DNA of 64,000 nucleotides from the NCBI GenBank assembly GCA_965237415.1, contig CBDEFM010000001.1:384001-448000 (forward strand), given 5' to 3'. Made by a program: the position numbers and the translations under genes. Shown one piece after another: positions 1 to 11,875 of this stretch. The stretch comes from Alphaproteobacteria bacterium. Its GTDB lineage: Bacteria > Pseudomonadota > Alphaproteobacteria > UBA828. Position 1 is the first letter of the stretch. Every line of letters starts with the position of its first letter. The notes below the pieces were generated by a model. The model was given only the letters and a program-made list of their open reading frames with translations. It had not been told where the DNA came from and did not search any database.

Positions 1-465
1 TTCATCGACTACGGCAAGCAGGACTTGGCGGCGGGCGAGTTCGTGACCGGTATCGACGTGCCGCGCCTCAAGTCCGACGAGGTCTTCCGCTGCTACAAGA
101 TCTCCAAGCGCTTCGATCAGGACATCTCCGCCCTTCTGGGCGCCTTCAGGTTCACCTTGGAGGCGCGCCGCGTCGTCGATGCGCGTGTCGCCTTCGGTGG
201 CATGGCGGCCACGCCGAAACGGGCCGCCGCCTTGGAAGCCGCCCTCAAGGGTCTGCGGCTTGCGGACCGGCGTGACTGGGACGCCGCCTGCGAGGCCCTG
301 GCGTCGGACTTTCGGCCCATCGACGACATGCGGGCCAGCGCCCCGTACCGGCTGGAGACGGCGCAGGCGCTCCTGCGCAAGGCCCTGCACGAGGCGGGCG
401 GCGAGGCAAGCGCCGCGACCCGGCTCGTGGGCCTGCGGCCCGGGGGGACGGAGCGTGCCGCCTGA
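1..465 (+). CDS. xdhA: Xanthine dehydrogenase small (FAD/FeS) subunit, 5'-truncated by window edge
   Basis: Frame 1 is open from base 1 (FIDYGKQD...YKISKRFDQDIS...AFGGMAATPKRA...DMRASAPYR), typical XdhA C-terminus; directly upstream of xdhB. Confidence 0.9.
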   Translation, partial: FIDYGKQDLAAGEFVTGIDVPRLKSDEVFRCYKISKRFDQDISALLGAFRFTLEARRVVDARVAFGGMAATPKRAAALEAALKGLRLADRRDWDAACEALASDFRPIDDMRASAPYRLETAQALLRKALHEAGGEASAATRLVGLRPGGTERAA

Positions 466-2788
466 CGTTCCTCAACCGGACCGGACAGCGCCCGCTGACG
501 GCAACCGCTCGGTTGGGCAGGCCCTGGCCCATGACAGCGCGCTGTGGCACGTCCAGGGCACGGCGCGCTTCATCGACGACATTCCCGAGCCGGCGGCGCT
601 GGTGCATGTCGCGCCCGGCTATGCCGCGCATGCCGCCCGCGGCCGGATCACCGCGCTCGACCTCGATGCGGTACGGGCCGCGCCAGGCGTCGTGGCGGTT
701 CTGACCGCCGCCGACATCCCCGGACGGAACGATTGCAGCCCGGTCTTCGGCGACGACCCCATCCTCGCCGAAGACCGCATCGCCTTTCACGGCCAGGTGG
801 TCTTCGCAGTGGCGGCGCTCAGCCGGGACGAGGCCCGCCGCGCCTGCCGCCAGGCGCGCATCGCGGTCGAGGAGGAGACGCCTCGTGTCTCGGTCGAGGC
901 GGGCCTCGCCTCGGGCGAGACGGTCCTCCCCGACTACCGGTTTCAGCGCGGCGAGCCGCTTGCGGACATGAAACAGGCCCGGCATACCGCGTCCGGCTCC
1001 CTCGACATCGGCGGTCAGGAGCACTTCTATCTCGAGGGGCAGGTCGCCATGGCGCTCCCCGGCGAGGGCGGTGCGATGCACGTCCTCTCGTCGACGCAGC
1101 ATCCCACGGAAATCCAGCACCTCGTGGCTGCCATGCTGGAGAAACCGGACTCGGACGTAGTGTGCGAATGCCGGCGCATGGGCGGCGCGTTCGGCGGCAA
1201 GGAAAGCCAGGCGGCGCAATGGGCCTGCCTCGCCGCGCTCGCTGCGAGCGTGACCGGCTCGGCCGCCAAGCTCCGCCTCGACCGCGACGACGACATGACC
1301 ATGACCGGCAAGCGCCACGATTTCAGGGTCGACTACAGCTATGGCTGCGACGAGACGGGCAGGCTGCTGGCGGTCGACGCCGCGCTCAACGCGCGCTGCG
1401 GCTGCTCGGCGGATCTCTCCATGGCCGTCTGCGACCGGGCGATGTTCCATGCCGACAACGCCTACTACTATCCGAGCGCGCGCATCCTTTCGCGGCGGGT
1501 CAGGACCGACACGGTCTCGAACACGGCGTTCAGGGGTTTCGGCGGGCCGCAGGGCATGATGCTTGCCGAACGGATGATGGACGACATCGCCTGCCGGCTC
1601 GGCCTGGACCCGCTCGACGTGCGCAAGCGCAATCTTTACGGCCGCGGGCGGGATATCACGCCCTATGGCATGAAGGTCGGCGACAACACCCTGTCGCGGC
1701 TGGTGCGCGAGCTCGAGAAGACCAGCGGCTACCGGAAGCGGCGCAAGGGCATCGCGGCCTTCAACCAGAACAACCGGTTTCTCAAGAAGGGGATGTCTCT
1801 TACGCCCGTCAAGTTCGGGATCGCTTTCACGCTGAAGCACCTCAACCAGGCGGGCGCGCTGGTGCATGTCTATACCGACGGCTCCGTGCTGGTGAACCAT
1901 GGCGGCACCGAGATGGGGCAGGGGCTCCACACCAAGGTTGCGCAGGTCGTGGCGGAGGAGTTCGGCATCGACTTCGACAAGGTGAGGATCACCGCGACGA
2001 AGACCGACATGGTGCCCAACACCACGCCGACCGCCGCGTCCTCCGGGTCCGATCTGAACGGCATGGCGGCAAAGCGGGCGGCCGCCACGATCAAGGACCG
2101 CATGGCTGCTCTGGCCGGCCGGCTCTACCAGGTGCCCAAGGTTGAGGTCCGCTTCGCCGGCAACATGGTCACGATCGGCAAGCGGGAGATCCCCTTTGCG
2201 GAGCTGGCGAAGACCTGCTTCCTCGAACGGGTCTCGCTCTCGTCGACCGGTTACTTCGCGACACCGAAGATCACCTGGGACCGCGCGTCGGCGAGCGGGC
2301 GGCCATTCCTCTACTTCGCCTACGGCGCCGCCTGCTCGGAGGTGACGATCGATACCCTGACCGGAGAGATGCGGGTGGATCGGATAGATCTTCTGCACGA
2401 TGTCGGCAATTCGCTCAACCCCGCGATCGACATCGGTCAGATCGAAGGCGGCTTCGTGCAGGGCATGGGCTGGCTCACCACCGAAGAGCTGGTGTTCGAT
2501 GCGAAGGGTCGGCTCACGACTCACGCGCCCTCCACCTATAAGATACCGGTCGCAAGCGATGTGCCGGAGGACTTCAGGGTTGCGTTATGGGAGTCCAAGG
2601 GCAACAGGGAAGCGACCATCTATCGCTCGAAGGCGGTGGGCGAGCCGCCCCTGATGTTGGCGATATCGGTGTTCTCGGCGATCTCGAACGCCATCGCCAG
2701 CCTCAATCCCGGGCGGGTGCCGGCGCTAGACGCGCCGGCGACGCCGGAAGCGATCGCCCGCGCGATCCTCTCCATGCGGGACGCATGA
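455..2788 (+). CDS. xdhB: Xanthine dehydrogenase molybdopterin-binding subunit
   Basis: Motifs GGQEHFYLEG, RRMGGAFGGKESQ, AFRGFGGPQG, GGTEMGQGLHTK, SKAVGEPP; start moved to GTG 455 overlapping the xdhA end. Confidence 0.93.
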   Translation: MPPDVPQPDRTAPADGNRSVGQALAHDSALWHVQGTARFIDDIPEPAALVHVAPGYAAHAARGRITALDLDAVRAAPGVVAVLTAADIPGRNDCSPVFGDDPILAEDRIAFHGQVVFAVAALSRDEARRACRQARIAVEEETPRVSVEAGLASGETVLPDYRFQRGEPLADMKQARHTASGSLDIGGQEHFYLEGQVAMALPGEGGAMHVLSSTQHPTEIQHLVAAMLEKPDSDVVCECRRMGGAFGGKESQAAQWACLAALAASVTGSAAKLRLDRDDDMTMTGKRHDFRVDYSYGCDETGRLLAVDAALNARCGCSADLSMAVCDRAMFHADNAYYYPSARILSRRVRTDTVSNTAFRGFGGPQGMMLAERMMDDIACRLGLDPLDVRKRNLYGRGRDITPYGMKVGDNTLSRLVRELEKTSGYRKRRKGIAAFNQNNRFLKKGMSLTPVKFGIAFTLKHLNQAGALVHVYTDGSVLVNHGGTEMGQGLHTKVAQVVAEEFGIDFDKVRITATKTDMVPNTTPTAASSGSDLNGMAAKRAAATIKDRMAALAGRLYQVPKVEVRFAGNMVTIGKREIPFAELAKTCFLERVSLSSTGYFATPKITWDRASASGRPFLYFAYGAACSEVTIDTLTGEMRVDRIDLLHDVGNSLNPAIDIGQIEGGFVQGMGWLTTEELVFDAKGRLTTHAPSTYKIPVASDVPEDFRVALWESKGNREATIYRSKAVGEPPLMLAISVFSAISNAIASLNPGRVPALDAPATPEAIARAILSMRDA

Positions 2789-2797
2789 GGCGATGAG

Positions 2798-3787
2798 ATG
2801 AACACCTGGGCGACCATCGGCCGAGCGCTCCGCGGTGAGCAGAGCTGTGCCATGGTCAGCATCGTCGAGGCCAAGGGTTCGGCACCGCGCGAAGCCGGAG
2901 CACGCATGGTCGTGCTGGAGGACGGCTCGTTCGCCGGCACGATCGGCGGCGGTGCGCTGGAATGGCGGGCGATCGCGCGCGCCCAGGCAGCGTTGGCGAA
3001 GGCCGGAGCAGACAGGAACCCTCCTCCGGTGGGCCTTGCCCGAATGGCGCTCGGCCCCGATCTCGGCCAGTGTTGCGGCGGCTCGGTGCGTGTCCTCCTG
3101 GAAGTGTTCACGCCCGGACGGTCCGCCGAAGTGCAGACGCTCGCCGATGCCGAAAGGGCGGGACTCTTCGCCACCGAGGGCCGCATCACCGGGCAGTGCG
3201 TGGTGCGGGCCATTCTGAATCGCGATCTCCCGGGAGGCGAAGGCAGCCTGCTGGCGGCTGACGGACGTTTGCTGGAGCGCTTCGGGACGCGGAAGCAGGT
3301 TCTGGCGCTCATCGGCGCCGGCCATGTCGGACGCTCCCTGATCATCGCGCTCGCGCCGCTCGACTTCAGCGTGGTGTGGATCGATCCGCGGGAGGACGCC
3401 TTCCCCTCCATCGTGCCGGGCGACGTGCGTATCCTCGTGACGGAGGCGCCGGCGGCCGAGCTTGATGCGGTGCCCGATGGCGCTTTCGTGCTGGTCATGT
3501 CACACAGCCATGCGCTCGATTTCGACGTCGTCCTCGCCGCGCTGCAGGCAAGGCGGTTCGGCTATGTCGGCCTGATCGGCTCGGCGTCGAAGAAGGCCCG
3601 CTTCATAAGCCGCCTGCGGCAAGCGGGCCTGGAGCATGACGATATCGAGCGGCTGGTCTGTCCCATCGGCATCGACGGTATCGCATCGAAGCAGCCGGCG
3701 GCCATTGCCGCGTCGGTGGTCGCGGACCTGCTGCGCCGCAGGGATGCGATGGCGCTTTCGGCGCACAGCGCGGGAGCCTCGTCCTAG
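2798..3787 (+). CDS. xdhC: Xanthine dehydrogenase accessory protein XdhC
   Basis: GSAPREAGARM, GTIGGGALE, LGQCCGG, GAGHVG, GLIGSASK, CPIGI motifs; follows xdhB. Confidence 0.9.
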   Translation: MNTWATIGRALRGEQSCAMVSIVEAKGSAPREAGARMVVLEDGSFAGTIGGGALEWRAIARAQAALAKAGADRNPPPVGLARMALGPDLGQCCGGSVRVLLEVFTPGRSAEVQTLADAERAGLFATEGRITGQCVVRAILNRDLPGGEGSLLAADGRLLERFGTRKQVLALIGAGHVGRSLIIALAPLDFSVVWIDPREDAFPSIVPGDVRILVTEAPAAELDAVPDGAFVLVMSHSHALDFDVVLAALQARRFGYVGLIGSASKKARFISRLRQAGLEHDDIERLVCPIGIDGIASKQPAAIAASVVADLLRRRDAMALSAHSAGASS

Positions 3788-3813
3788 GGACCCGTGCCGC
3801 GGGTCCGGGACGG

Positions 3814-5399
<1,586 letters not shown>

Positions 5400-5403
<4 letters not shown>

Positions 5404-6458
5404 TCCTCAGGCTGGAAAGGCGCAGCCAGCGTTCGACGCTGATGGCGCTGCTGTCCCCGGTGCTGGCGATCGCCGTCACGCTGGCTCTTGGCGCCATCAT
5501 GTTCGCGGGCCTGGGATTCGATCCCGCCGAAGCGCTCTACATGTACTTCGTCGAGCCGTTGACCAGCGTCTGGTCGGTCGAGGAGGTGATCGTCAAGGCC
5601 GCGCCGCTCATCATCATCGGCGTTGGCCTCGCCGTCTGCTACACCGCCAATGTCTGGAACATCGGTGCGGAGGGCCAGCTTACGATCGGCGCCCTGCTCG
5701 GTGCCGCCATCCCGATCTATTTCCCTGCCTGGCAGTCGCCGCTGGTCCTGGCCCTCATGCTCGTTCTCGGCGCCGTGGGCGGTGCGCTCTTCGCCGCCAT
5801 CCCGGCGTTCCTGAAGAACCGTTTCTCCGCCAACGAGATCCTGACCAGCCTGATGCTCGTCTACGTCGCCCAGTTGCTGCTGGACTGGCTGGTGCGCGGG
5901 CCCTGGCGAGACCCCGACGGCTACAACTTTCCGCAGTCCATACCGTTCGAGGGCTGGCAGCTCCTGCCGCTTCTGGGCGAGGGAAGGGTGCATATCGGCG
6001 CCGTCTTCGCCGTCGCCGCGGTCATCGTCGTCGCCTTCATGATGGGACGGACGCTGCGCGGGTTCGAGATCCGCGTCGTCGGCACCTCACCGCGCGCCGC
6101 CGCTTTCGCCGGCTTCAAAGGGAAGCGGGTGATCCTGTTCTGCTTTATGCTGTCCGGCGCCCTCGCCGGGCTGGCTGGCATCTGCGAAGTCGCCGGCCCG
6201 AACGGCGAACTGCAACCGAACATCTCGCCCGGTTACGGCTTCACCGCGATCATCGTCGCCTTTCTCGGCCGCCTGAACCCCATCGGCGTGCTCTTCGCGG
6301 GCGTCCTCCTGGCGATCAGCTATATGGGCGGAGAGGGGGTGCAGGTGGAGCTCGGCATCTCCGACAAGACGACTCAGGTGTTCCAGGGCATGCTGCTGTT
6401 CCTCATCTTGGCCTGCGACACGCTGATCCGTTACCGCATAAGGCTCGTTCACAACTAG
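5400..6458 (+). CDS. Nucleoside/purine ABC transporter permease
   Basis: Hydrophobic; WNIGAEGQ, NEILTSLML, GYGFTAIIVAFLGRL motifs; GTGA overlap with the ATPase. Confidence 0.9.
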
Positions 6459-6489
6459 AAGATGACCAGGGAGGTCTAGGCAGCGATCG

Positions 6490-7410
6490 ATGGGAGCCCT
6501 GGAAGCCGTCATTCTGACGATCATCACGGCGTCCACGCCATTGCTGCTGGCGGCGACCGGGGAGCTCGTCACGGAACGCTCGGGCGTCCTCAACCTGGGC
6601 GTCGAAGGCATGATGATCATGGGCGCGGTGTGCAGTTTCGCCGCCGCCTACACGACCGGCTCGGCGCTGCTCGGCATTCTGGCCGGGCTGTACGCGGGCA
6701 TCGCTATGTCAATGCTCTTCGCCTTCCTGACCCAGACCTTGATGACCTCGCAGGTTGCGACCGGGCTGTCGCTCACCCTGCTGGGACTGGGGCTCTCGGG
6801 CCTGATCGGCGAGGGGTTCACGGGGCTGCCCGGGGTGAAGCTCGCATCAATCCACATCCCCCTCCTGAGCGACATTCCCTTCATCGGACCGATCCTGTTC
6901 GGCCAGGACATCCTGGTCTACGCCTCTCTGGCGCTGACCGCGGCCGTCGGCTATGTGCTGTTTCGCACCCGGATCGGCCTCGTCATCAACGCGGTAGGCA
7001 ACAATCACCATTCTGCCCACGCGCTCGGCTACGGCGTGATCAGGGTGCGCTATGCCTGCATCGGCTTCGGCGGCGCCTGCTCCGGCTTGGCCGGCGCGTA
7101 TCTGGCGCTTGCCTACACCACGCAGTGGATCGAGAGCATGAGCGCGGGCCGCGGCTGGATCGCGCTCGCGCTGGTCGTCTTTTCCACTTGGCTGCCCAAG
7201 CGCCTGTTTATCGGGGCCTATCTCTTCGGCACGGTCTGGATCATGGGCCTCTACGTCCAGGGTATGGGCGTCGGGATCCCGTCGCAGCTATTGTCGTCCT
7301 TGCCCTACCTCGTCACGATAGTGGTGCTGGTTATCATTTCAGGGAACAGGTCTTTGATCAGGGTGAACACGCCCGCGTGCATCGGGCAGCCCTTCGCGCC
7401 TGAGAGGTAG
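6490..7410 (+). CDS. Nucleoside/purine ABC transporter permease
   Basis: ERSGVLNLGVEG, AGRGWIALALV, SLPY motifs. Confidence 0.9.
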   Translation: MGALEAVILTIITASTPLLLAATGELVTERSGVLNLGVEGMMIMGAVCSFAAAYTTGSALLGILAGLYAGIAMSMLFAFLTQTLMTSQVATGLSLTLLGLGLSGLIGEGFTGLPGVKLASIHIPLLSDIPFIGPILFGQDILVYASLALTAAVGYVLFRTRIGLVINAVGNNHHSAHALGYGVIRVRYACIGFGGACSGLAGAYLALAYTTQWIESMSAGRGWIALALVVFSTWLPKRLFIGAYLFGTVWIMGLYVQGMGVGIPSQLLSSLPYLVTIVVLVIISGNRSLIRVNTPACIGQPFAPER

Positions 7411-7502
7411 AGGGGGAGTGAAGCCGCTGGCGCGTCACGGTGAGCGTTGGCGGAACAACATGTTGCACCGCATGGACACTTGCTGAAGCGAAAGGAGTCA
7501 TC

Positions 7503-8573
7503 ATGAAGAAGCTCATTGGAATGGTCGCGGTCGCGCTGGCGATGACCCTCGCCTCGGGCGCCGCATCCGCTGCCGACAAGCTGAAGGTCGGTTTCATCTA
7601 TGTCGGACCCATCGGCGATCATGGCTGGACCTACGCCCATGACCAGGGCCGCCTCGCGCTCGAGGGGGAACTCGGTGACATGGTCGAGACCGTGTACGTC
7701 GAGAGCGTGCCGGAGGGCGCGGACGCCGAGCGCGCCATCGAGCGACTGGCGCGGCAGGGTGCCGGGCTGATCTTCACCACGTCCTTCGGCTACATGAACC
7801 CGACGATCAAGGTCGCCGAGCGCTTTCCCGACGTGAAGTTCGAGCACGCGACCGGCTACAAGCAATCCGACAACGTCGCGTCCTACAACGCGCGCTTCCA
7901 TGAAGGCCGGTATGTCATCGGCCAGATCGCCGCGCGGACGTCCAAGTCGGGGGTTGCCGGCTATATCGCGTCCTTCCCCATTCCCGAGGTCGTGATGGGC
8001 ATCAACGCTTTCCTGCTCGGCGCGCAGACCGTAAACCCAGACTTCAAGCTCAAGGTGGTCTGGGTCAACACGTGGTTCGATCCGGGCAAGGAAGCCGACG
8101 CCGCGAAGGTGTTGATCGGCCAGGGCGCGGACATCATCACGCAGCACACCGATTCGACGGCGCCCCTGCAGATCGCCGAAGAGCAAGGTGTGCACGCCTT
8201 CGGTCAGGCCTCCGACATGATCCACTTCGCCCCCAAGGCGCAGTTGACGTCGATCATCGACAACTGGGCCCCCTACTACATCGAGCGTGCCAAGGCGGTG
8301 CTCGGCGGGACCTGGGAGTCGTCGGACACGTGGAACGGCATGGCCGCGGGTACGGTCAAGATGGCGCCCTACACCAACATGCCCGATGACGTCGCGGCGG
8401 CGGCGATGGAAACGGAAGCCATGATCGCCTCCGGGGAACTCAACCCCTTCGCCGGTCCCGTGTACAAGCAGGACGGCACGCTGGCCGTGCCCGAAGGCGA
8501 GATCATGGACGACGGGACGCTGGCGGGCATGAACTGGTACGTCCAAGGCGTCGACGACACCTTGCCGGAATAG
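7503..8573 (+). CDS. BMP-family ABC substrate-binding protein (purine/nucleoside)
   Basis: AAGGAG RBS before ATG 7503; signal peptide MKKLIGMVAVALA...; GFIYVGPIGDHGW, FTTSFGY, QHTDS. Confidence 0.9.
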   Translation: MKKLIGMVAVALAMTLASGAASAADKLKVGFIYVGPIGDHGWTYAHDQGRLALEGELGDMVETVYVESVPEGADAERAIERLARQGAGLIFTTSFGYMNPTIKVAERFPDVKFEHATGYKQSDNVASYNARFHEGRYVIGQIAARTSKSGVAGYIASFPIPEVVMGINAFLLGAQTVNPDFKLKVVWVNTWFDPGKEADAAKVLIGQGADIITQHTDSTAPLQIAEEQGVHAFGQASDMIHFAPKAQLTSIIDNWAPYYIERAKAVLGGTWESSDTWNGMAAGTVKMAPYTNMPDDVAAAAMETEAMIASGELNPFAGPVYKQDGTLAVPEGEIMDDGTLAGMNWYVQGVDDTLPE

Positions 8574-8585
8574 GCCGTTACCGAT

Positions 8586-8637
8586 GCCGGCCGGCGCACC
8601 GTTCCTGCTGCGATGCAGGCCCGGTGCGCCGGCTGGC
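8586..8637 (+). terminator. Strong GC hairpin after the BMP gene (terminator or mRNA-stabilising stem)
   Basis: GCCGGCCGGCGCACCG (8586-8601) pairs with CGGTGCGCCGGCTGGC (8622-8637), 16 bp with one G-U; only a short U run follows. Confidence 0.5.
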
Positions 8638-8761
8638 CCGGATTTCTCACCAATGTCGCGGCCTGCGTCGCGTGGGACGCGCGACGCGCTGCGCGCCTTT
8701 CCTGCCCTGTCGCCCTGAAAGCGCCGCGCAGACCATGCCCTTGGTGAGAAGTCCGGGCTAG
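8634..8761. mobile_element. MITE-like palindromic element with 17-bp terminal inverted repeats
   Basis: CCCGGATTTCTCACCAA (8637-8653) is the inverse of TTGGTGAGAAGTCCGGG (8741-8757) at 16/17; flanked by CTGG/CTAG; internal hairpins; related half-copies at 11857 and 24727. Confidence 0.65.
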
Positions 8762-8784
8762 CGTGAGGACCGGGAGACACGCGC

Positions 8785-9963
8785 TTGGCCGCCTTCGCCG
8801 TCGACTGGCTCAATCTACTCATTCGCTGGGCGCACATGATCGCCGGCATCGGCTGGATCGGCACCTCCTTCTATTTCATCGCTCTCGACGTCGCGCTGAA
8901 GAAGCGCGAGAAGATGAAGGAGGGCGTGCTGGGGACGGCGTGGCAGGTGCATGGCGGCGGCTTCTACCATGTCGAGAAGTTCACCGTTGCGCCGAAGGAG
9001 CTGCCCGGCGACCTGATCTGGTTCAAGTGGGAAGCCTATCTCACTTGGTTTACCGGCTTCCTGCTCCTGGTCGTACAATTCTATCTCAACGCCGGCACCT
9101 GGATGATCGATCCCGCGGTGCTGGACCTCGAGCCATTGCACGCGGTCGGCATCTCGGTGGCGAGCCTCGCCGTCGGTTGGTTCGTCTATGACGGCGTGTG
9201 CCGCTCACCCATCGGCAAGCGGCCGACCCTGCTCGCCGTCGCGACATTCCTGTGGATTCTCCTAGCGGCTTACATCTACACCAACGTCTTCTCCGGCCGC
9301 TCGGCGTTGATCCATGTCGGCGCCTTCATCGGCACCCTCATGGCGGCCAACGTGTTTGCGGTGATCATTCCCAATCAGAAGAAGATCACCCGGGCTTTGC
9401 TGGAGGCGCGAGAGCCGGACCCGAAGTTCGGCGCCATCGGCAAGCAGCGCTCGGTCCACAACACCTATCTGACGCTGCCGGTGCTCGTGACCATGGTGGG
9501 CGGGCATTACCCGATGCTGTCGGCGCATCCCCAGGCCTGGCTGATCGTCGCCTTCATCCTCGTCGGCGGCGCCTGCCTGCGCCACGCCTTCATCCGCCAC
9601 GAGGCGGGCGCCCCGTTCGCAGGTTTCGTCTGGACCCTGCCCGTCATGCTGATCGCCCTCTTCGCGGCCGTGTGGATGACCTCGCCTCAGCAACGGGAGA
9701 CGGCGGCGCTCGACGTTTCGGACGTGGAGGTCATGACCATCGTGGACAAGCACTGCGTGTCCTGCCACGCCGCGAGTCCGAGCCACGAAAGCTTTGACAC
9801 GCCGCCCAAGGACATCGTGCTGGAGACCATCGATGACCTGCACCGTCACGCGGAACTGGTGGATAAATTCACGGTTCAGACCCGCACCATGCCGCTCGGC
9901 AACGAAACCGGCATGACGGACGAGGAGCGCGGACAGCTCGGCGCCTGGATCGACAACAGGTAA
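8785..9963 (+). CDS. puuD: Membrane urate hydroxylase PuuD with C-terminal cytochrome c
   Basis: RWAHMIAGIGWIGTSFYF, VHGGGFY, WFKWEAY, KQRSVHNTYLTLP; heme motif CVSCH; MPLGNETGMT; TTG start. Confidence 0.88.
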   Translation: MAAFAVDWLNLLIRWAHMIAGIGWIGTSFYFIALDVALKKREKMKEGVLGTAWQVHGGGFYHVEKFTVAPKELPGDLIWFKWEAYLTWFTGFLLLVVQFYLNAGTWMIDPAVLDLEPLHAVGISVASLAVGWFVYDGVCRSPIGKRPTLLAVATFLWILLAAYIYTNVFSGRSALIHVGAFIGTLMAANVFAVIIPNQKKITRALLEAREPDPKFGAIGKQRSVHNTYLTLPVLVTMVGGHYPMLSAHPQAWLIVAFILVGGACLRHAFIRHEAGAPFAGFVWTLPVMLIALFAAVWMTSPQQRETAALDVSDVEVMTIVDKHCVSCHAASPSHESFDTPPKDIVLETIDDLHRHAELVDKFTVQTRTMPLGNETGMTDEERGQLGAWIDNR

Positions 9964-9967
9964 GACC

Positions 9968-10516
9968 ATGGGCGACGGGACGATGGGCGGCAGGGCGGCA
10001 GGCATGCTCCTCTCCATCGGCGATCTCAACCGGATGACCGTGTCCGATTTCACCGCCAAATTCGGCGACGTGGCGGAGCATTCGCCCTGGATCGCCGAGC
10101 GTGCCGCCGGCGCCCGTCCCTTCGCCGACCGGGACGGGGTCGTCGGTGCATTTGCCGCTGCCCTGCGCGGCGCGGCGCGGGACGAGCAACTGGCCGTGCT
10201 GCGCGCGCACCCGGATCTCGCCGGCCGGGCGGCGGTCATCGGCGCATTGACCGAGACGTCCCGCAGGGAACAGACGGGCGCGGGCCTCGACCGGTTGACG
10301 CCTGAGGAATTTGAACGCTTCACCGCGCTCAATGCCGCCTACAAGGAACGCTTCGGGATACCCTTCATCTTCGCGGTCAAGGGCGCGACCAAGGAGATGA
10401 TCCTCGCCGCCTTCGAAGAGCGTCGCGCCAACGGGCGGGAGGCCGAACTCAAGAACGCGACCGACAATGTCTGCCGCATCATGCGCTTCCGCATCGAGGA
10501 TCGGATCGCGGGATGA
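9968..10516 (+). CDS. uraD: OHCU decarboxylase
   Basis: EHSPW, LRAHPDLAG, SRREQTGAGL, NAAYKERFGIPFIFAVKG; true start may be a few codons downstream. Confidence 0.9.
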   Translation: MGDGTMGGRAAGMLLSIGDLNRMTVSDFTAKFGDVAEHSPWIAERAAGARPFADRDGVVGAFAAALRGAARDEQLAVLRAHPDLAGRAAVIGALTETSRREQTGAGLDRLTPEEFERFTALNAAYKERFGIPFIFAVKGATKEMILAAFEERRANGREAELKNATDNVCRIMRFRIEDRIAG

Positions 10517-11853
10517 CGACGGGCGCCGATACCGCAGCGCGGGTTCTGCGCGGTCGCACGGTGAGCTTCAGGGACGATCCCCGCTTTGTCGGCCCCGACC
10601 AGGCGATGCACGGCCACGACGACGGCGCGGTGGTCATAGGCCAGCGGGGCCGCATCCTGTGGCACGGCGATTTCGCCAACCTGCCGCGGGAACACGCCGA
10701 CGCTCCGTGCGACCGCTATGGCGGCGAGGTCATCCTGCCCGGATTAATCGATGCACACGTTCACTTCCCGCAACACCGCATGTTGGCAGCGCCCGCGCAC
10801 GACCTGCTCGAATGGCTCAATCGCTTCGCCTTCCCCGAGGAAGCGCGATACGCCTCCGAGGACCATGCCGCGGCGGCCGCGGAGAGCTTTCTCGACAAGC
10901 TCGTGAGCCACGGCACCACCAGCGCCCTCGTCTTCTCCTCGGTGCATGGGAAAGCGGCCGTCTGCCTCTTTCGGGCGGCGCGGCGGCGCGGACTCTGTCT
11001 GATAACGGGGGCGACCATGATGGACCGCAACGCTCCCCAAGCCGTGACTCAGGACGCCGAAGCGAGCGCCCGGGAGAGCGCCGAACTCATCGCGTCGTGG
11101 CACGAGGTCGAACGCCTGCGCTACGCTCTCACGGTGCGTTTTGCCGTCACGTCGAGCGAAGCCCAGCTTCGACTTGCCGGCGAGCTCCTGGCGGACCATC
11201 CCGGCTGCCTGCTCCACACTCATCTCTCGGAGAGCGCTGCGGAGATCGATCTGGTGAAGCGGCTGTTTCCCTGGTCGAAGGACTACACCGATGTCTATGA
11301 GCGGTTCGGCCTCGTGGGTGAGAACGCCGTCTTCGCCCATGGCATCCACCTCTCGGAACGCGAATGCCAAGCCTTGCACGACGCAGGCTCGATGGTCGTC
11401 CATTGCCCGACCTCGAACGCTTTTCTGGGATCGGGCCTGTTCGACATCGAGCATGTGGGCGCGGCGCGGCGTCCGGTCAGAGTGGGCGTCGCCACGGACA
11501 TCGGCGGCGGCACCAGCTACTCCCTGCTCCAGACGCTCGCCGAGGCGTACAAGACCGCCAGGCAGAAGGGCTGCAGTTTCAGCGCCTTCGACGGGTTCTA
11601 CCTCGCCACCCTGGGCAATGCGCGCGGCCTTCGTCTCGATGCCGAGATCGGCACGCTCGATGCCGGACGCTGGGCCGATGTCGTTGTCCTCGACCCGTGG
11701 GCGACGCCGGTGCTGGCCGCCCGCCAAGAGCTCTCGGAGAGCCTGGAGGACATGCTGTTTGCGCTGATGATGCTGGGCGACGATCGCGCCGTGCGGGCGG
11801 TCTACGTCAAGGGCAGGAAGGTCGCCGGCCGGCTCCGCCGAGCACGACCGTGA
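10513..11853 (+). CDS. guaD: Guanine deaminase
   Basis: PGLIDAHVHFPQ, LLEWL..FAFPEE, HTHLSE, AHGIHL, HCPTSNAFLGSG, TDIGGGTS. Confidence 0.92.
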   Translation: MTTGADTAARVLRGRTVSFRDDPRFVGPDQAMHGHDDGAVVIGQRGRILWHGDFANLPREHADAPCDRYGGEVILPGLIDAHVHFPQHRMLAAPAHDLLEWLNRFAFPEEARYASEDHAAAAAESFLDKLVSHGTTSALVFSSVHGKAAVCLFRAARRRGLCLITGATMMDRNAPQAVTQDAEASARESAELIASWHEVERLRYALTVRFAVTSSEAQLRLAGELLADHPGCLLHTHLSESAAEIDLVKRLFPWSKDYTDVYERFGLVGENAVFAHGIHLSERECQALHDAGSMVVHCPTSNAFLGSGLFDIEHVGAARRPVRVGVATDIGGGTSYSLLQTLAEAYKTARQKGCSFSAFDGFYLATLGNARGLRLDAEIGTLDAGRWADVVVLDPWATPVLAARQELSESLEDMLFALMMLGDDRAVRAVYVKGRKVAGRLRRARP

Positions 11854-11856
11854 CCC

Positions 11857-11875
11857 TGGCAAGAATTCCGGGCTA
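11857..11875 (-). repeat. Half-copy of the MITE-like terminal repeat, starting at the peptidase TAG stop
   Basis: Minus strand reads TAGCCCGGAATTCTTGCCA, 16/19 to TAGCCCGGATTTCTCACCA. Confidence 0.5.

Noticed and set aside
245-2524. Long antisense and alternative-frame ORFs (e.g. 245-2524, 3784-5361, 52258-53943, 57389-58858)
   Set aside because: Shadow ORFs expected from high-GC codon bias opposite well-supported genes; Arg/Ala/Pro-rich with no family motifs
7411-7502. Purine riboswitch upstream of the BMP gene
   Set aside because: Short gap without recognisable purine or xanthine riboswitch consensus; a covariance-model search would be needed to exclude it fully
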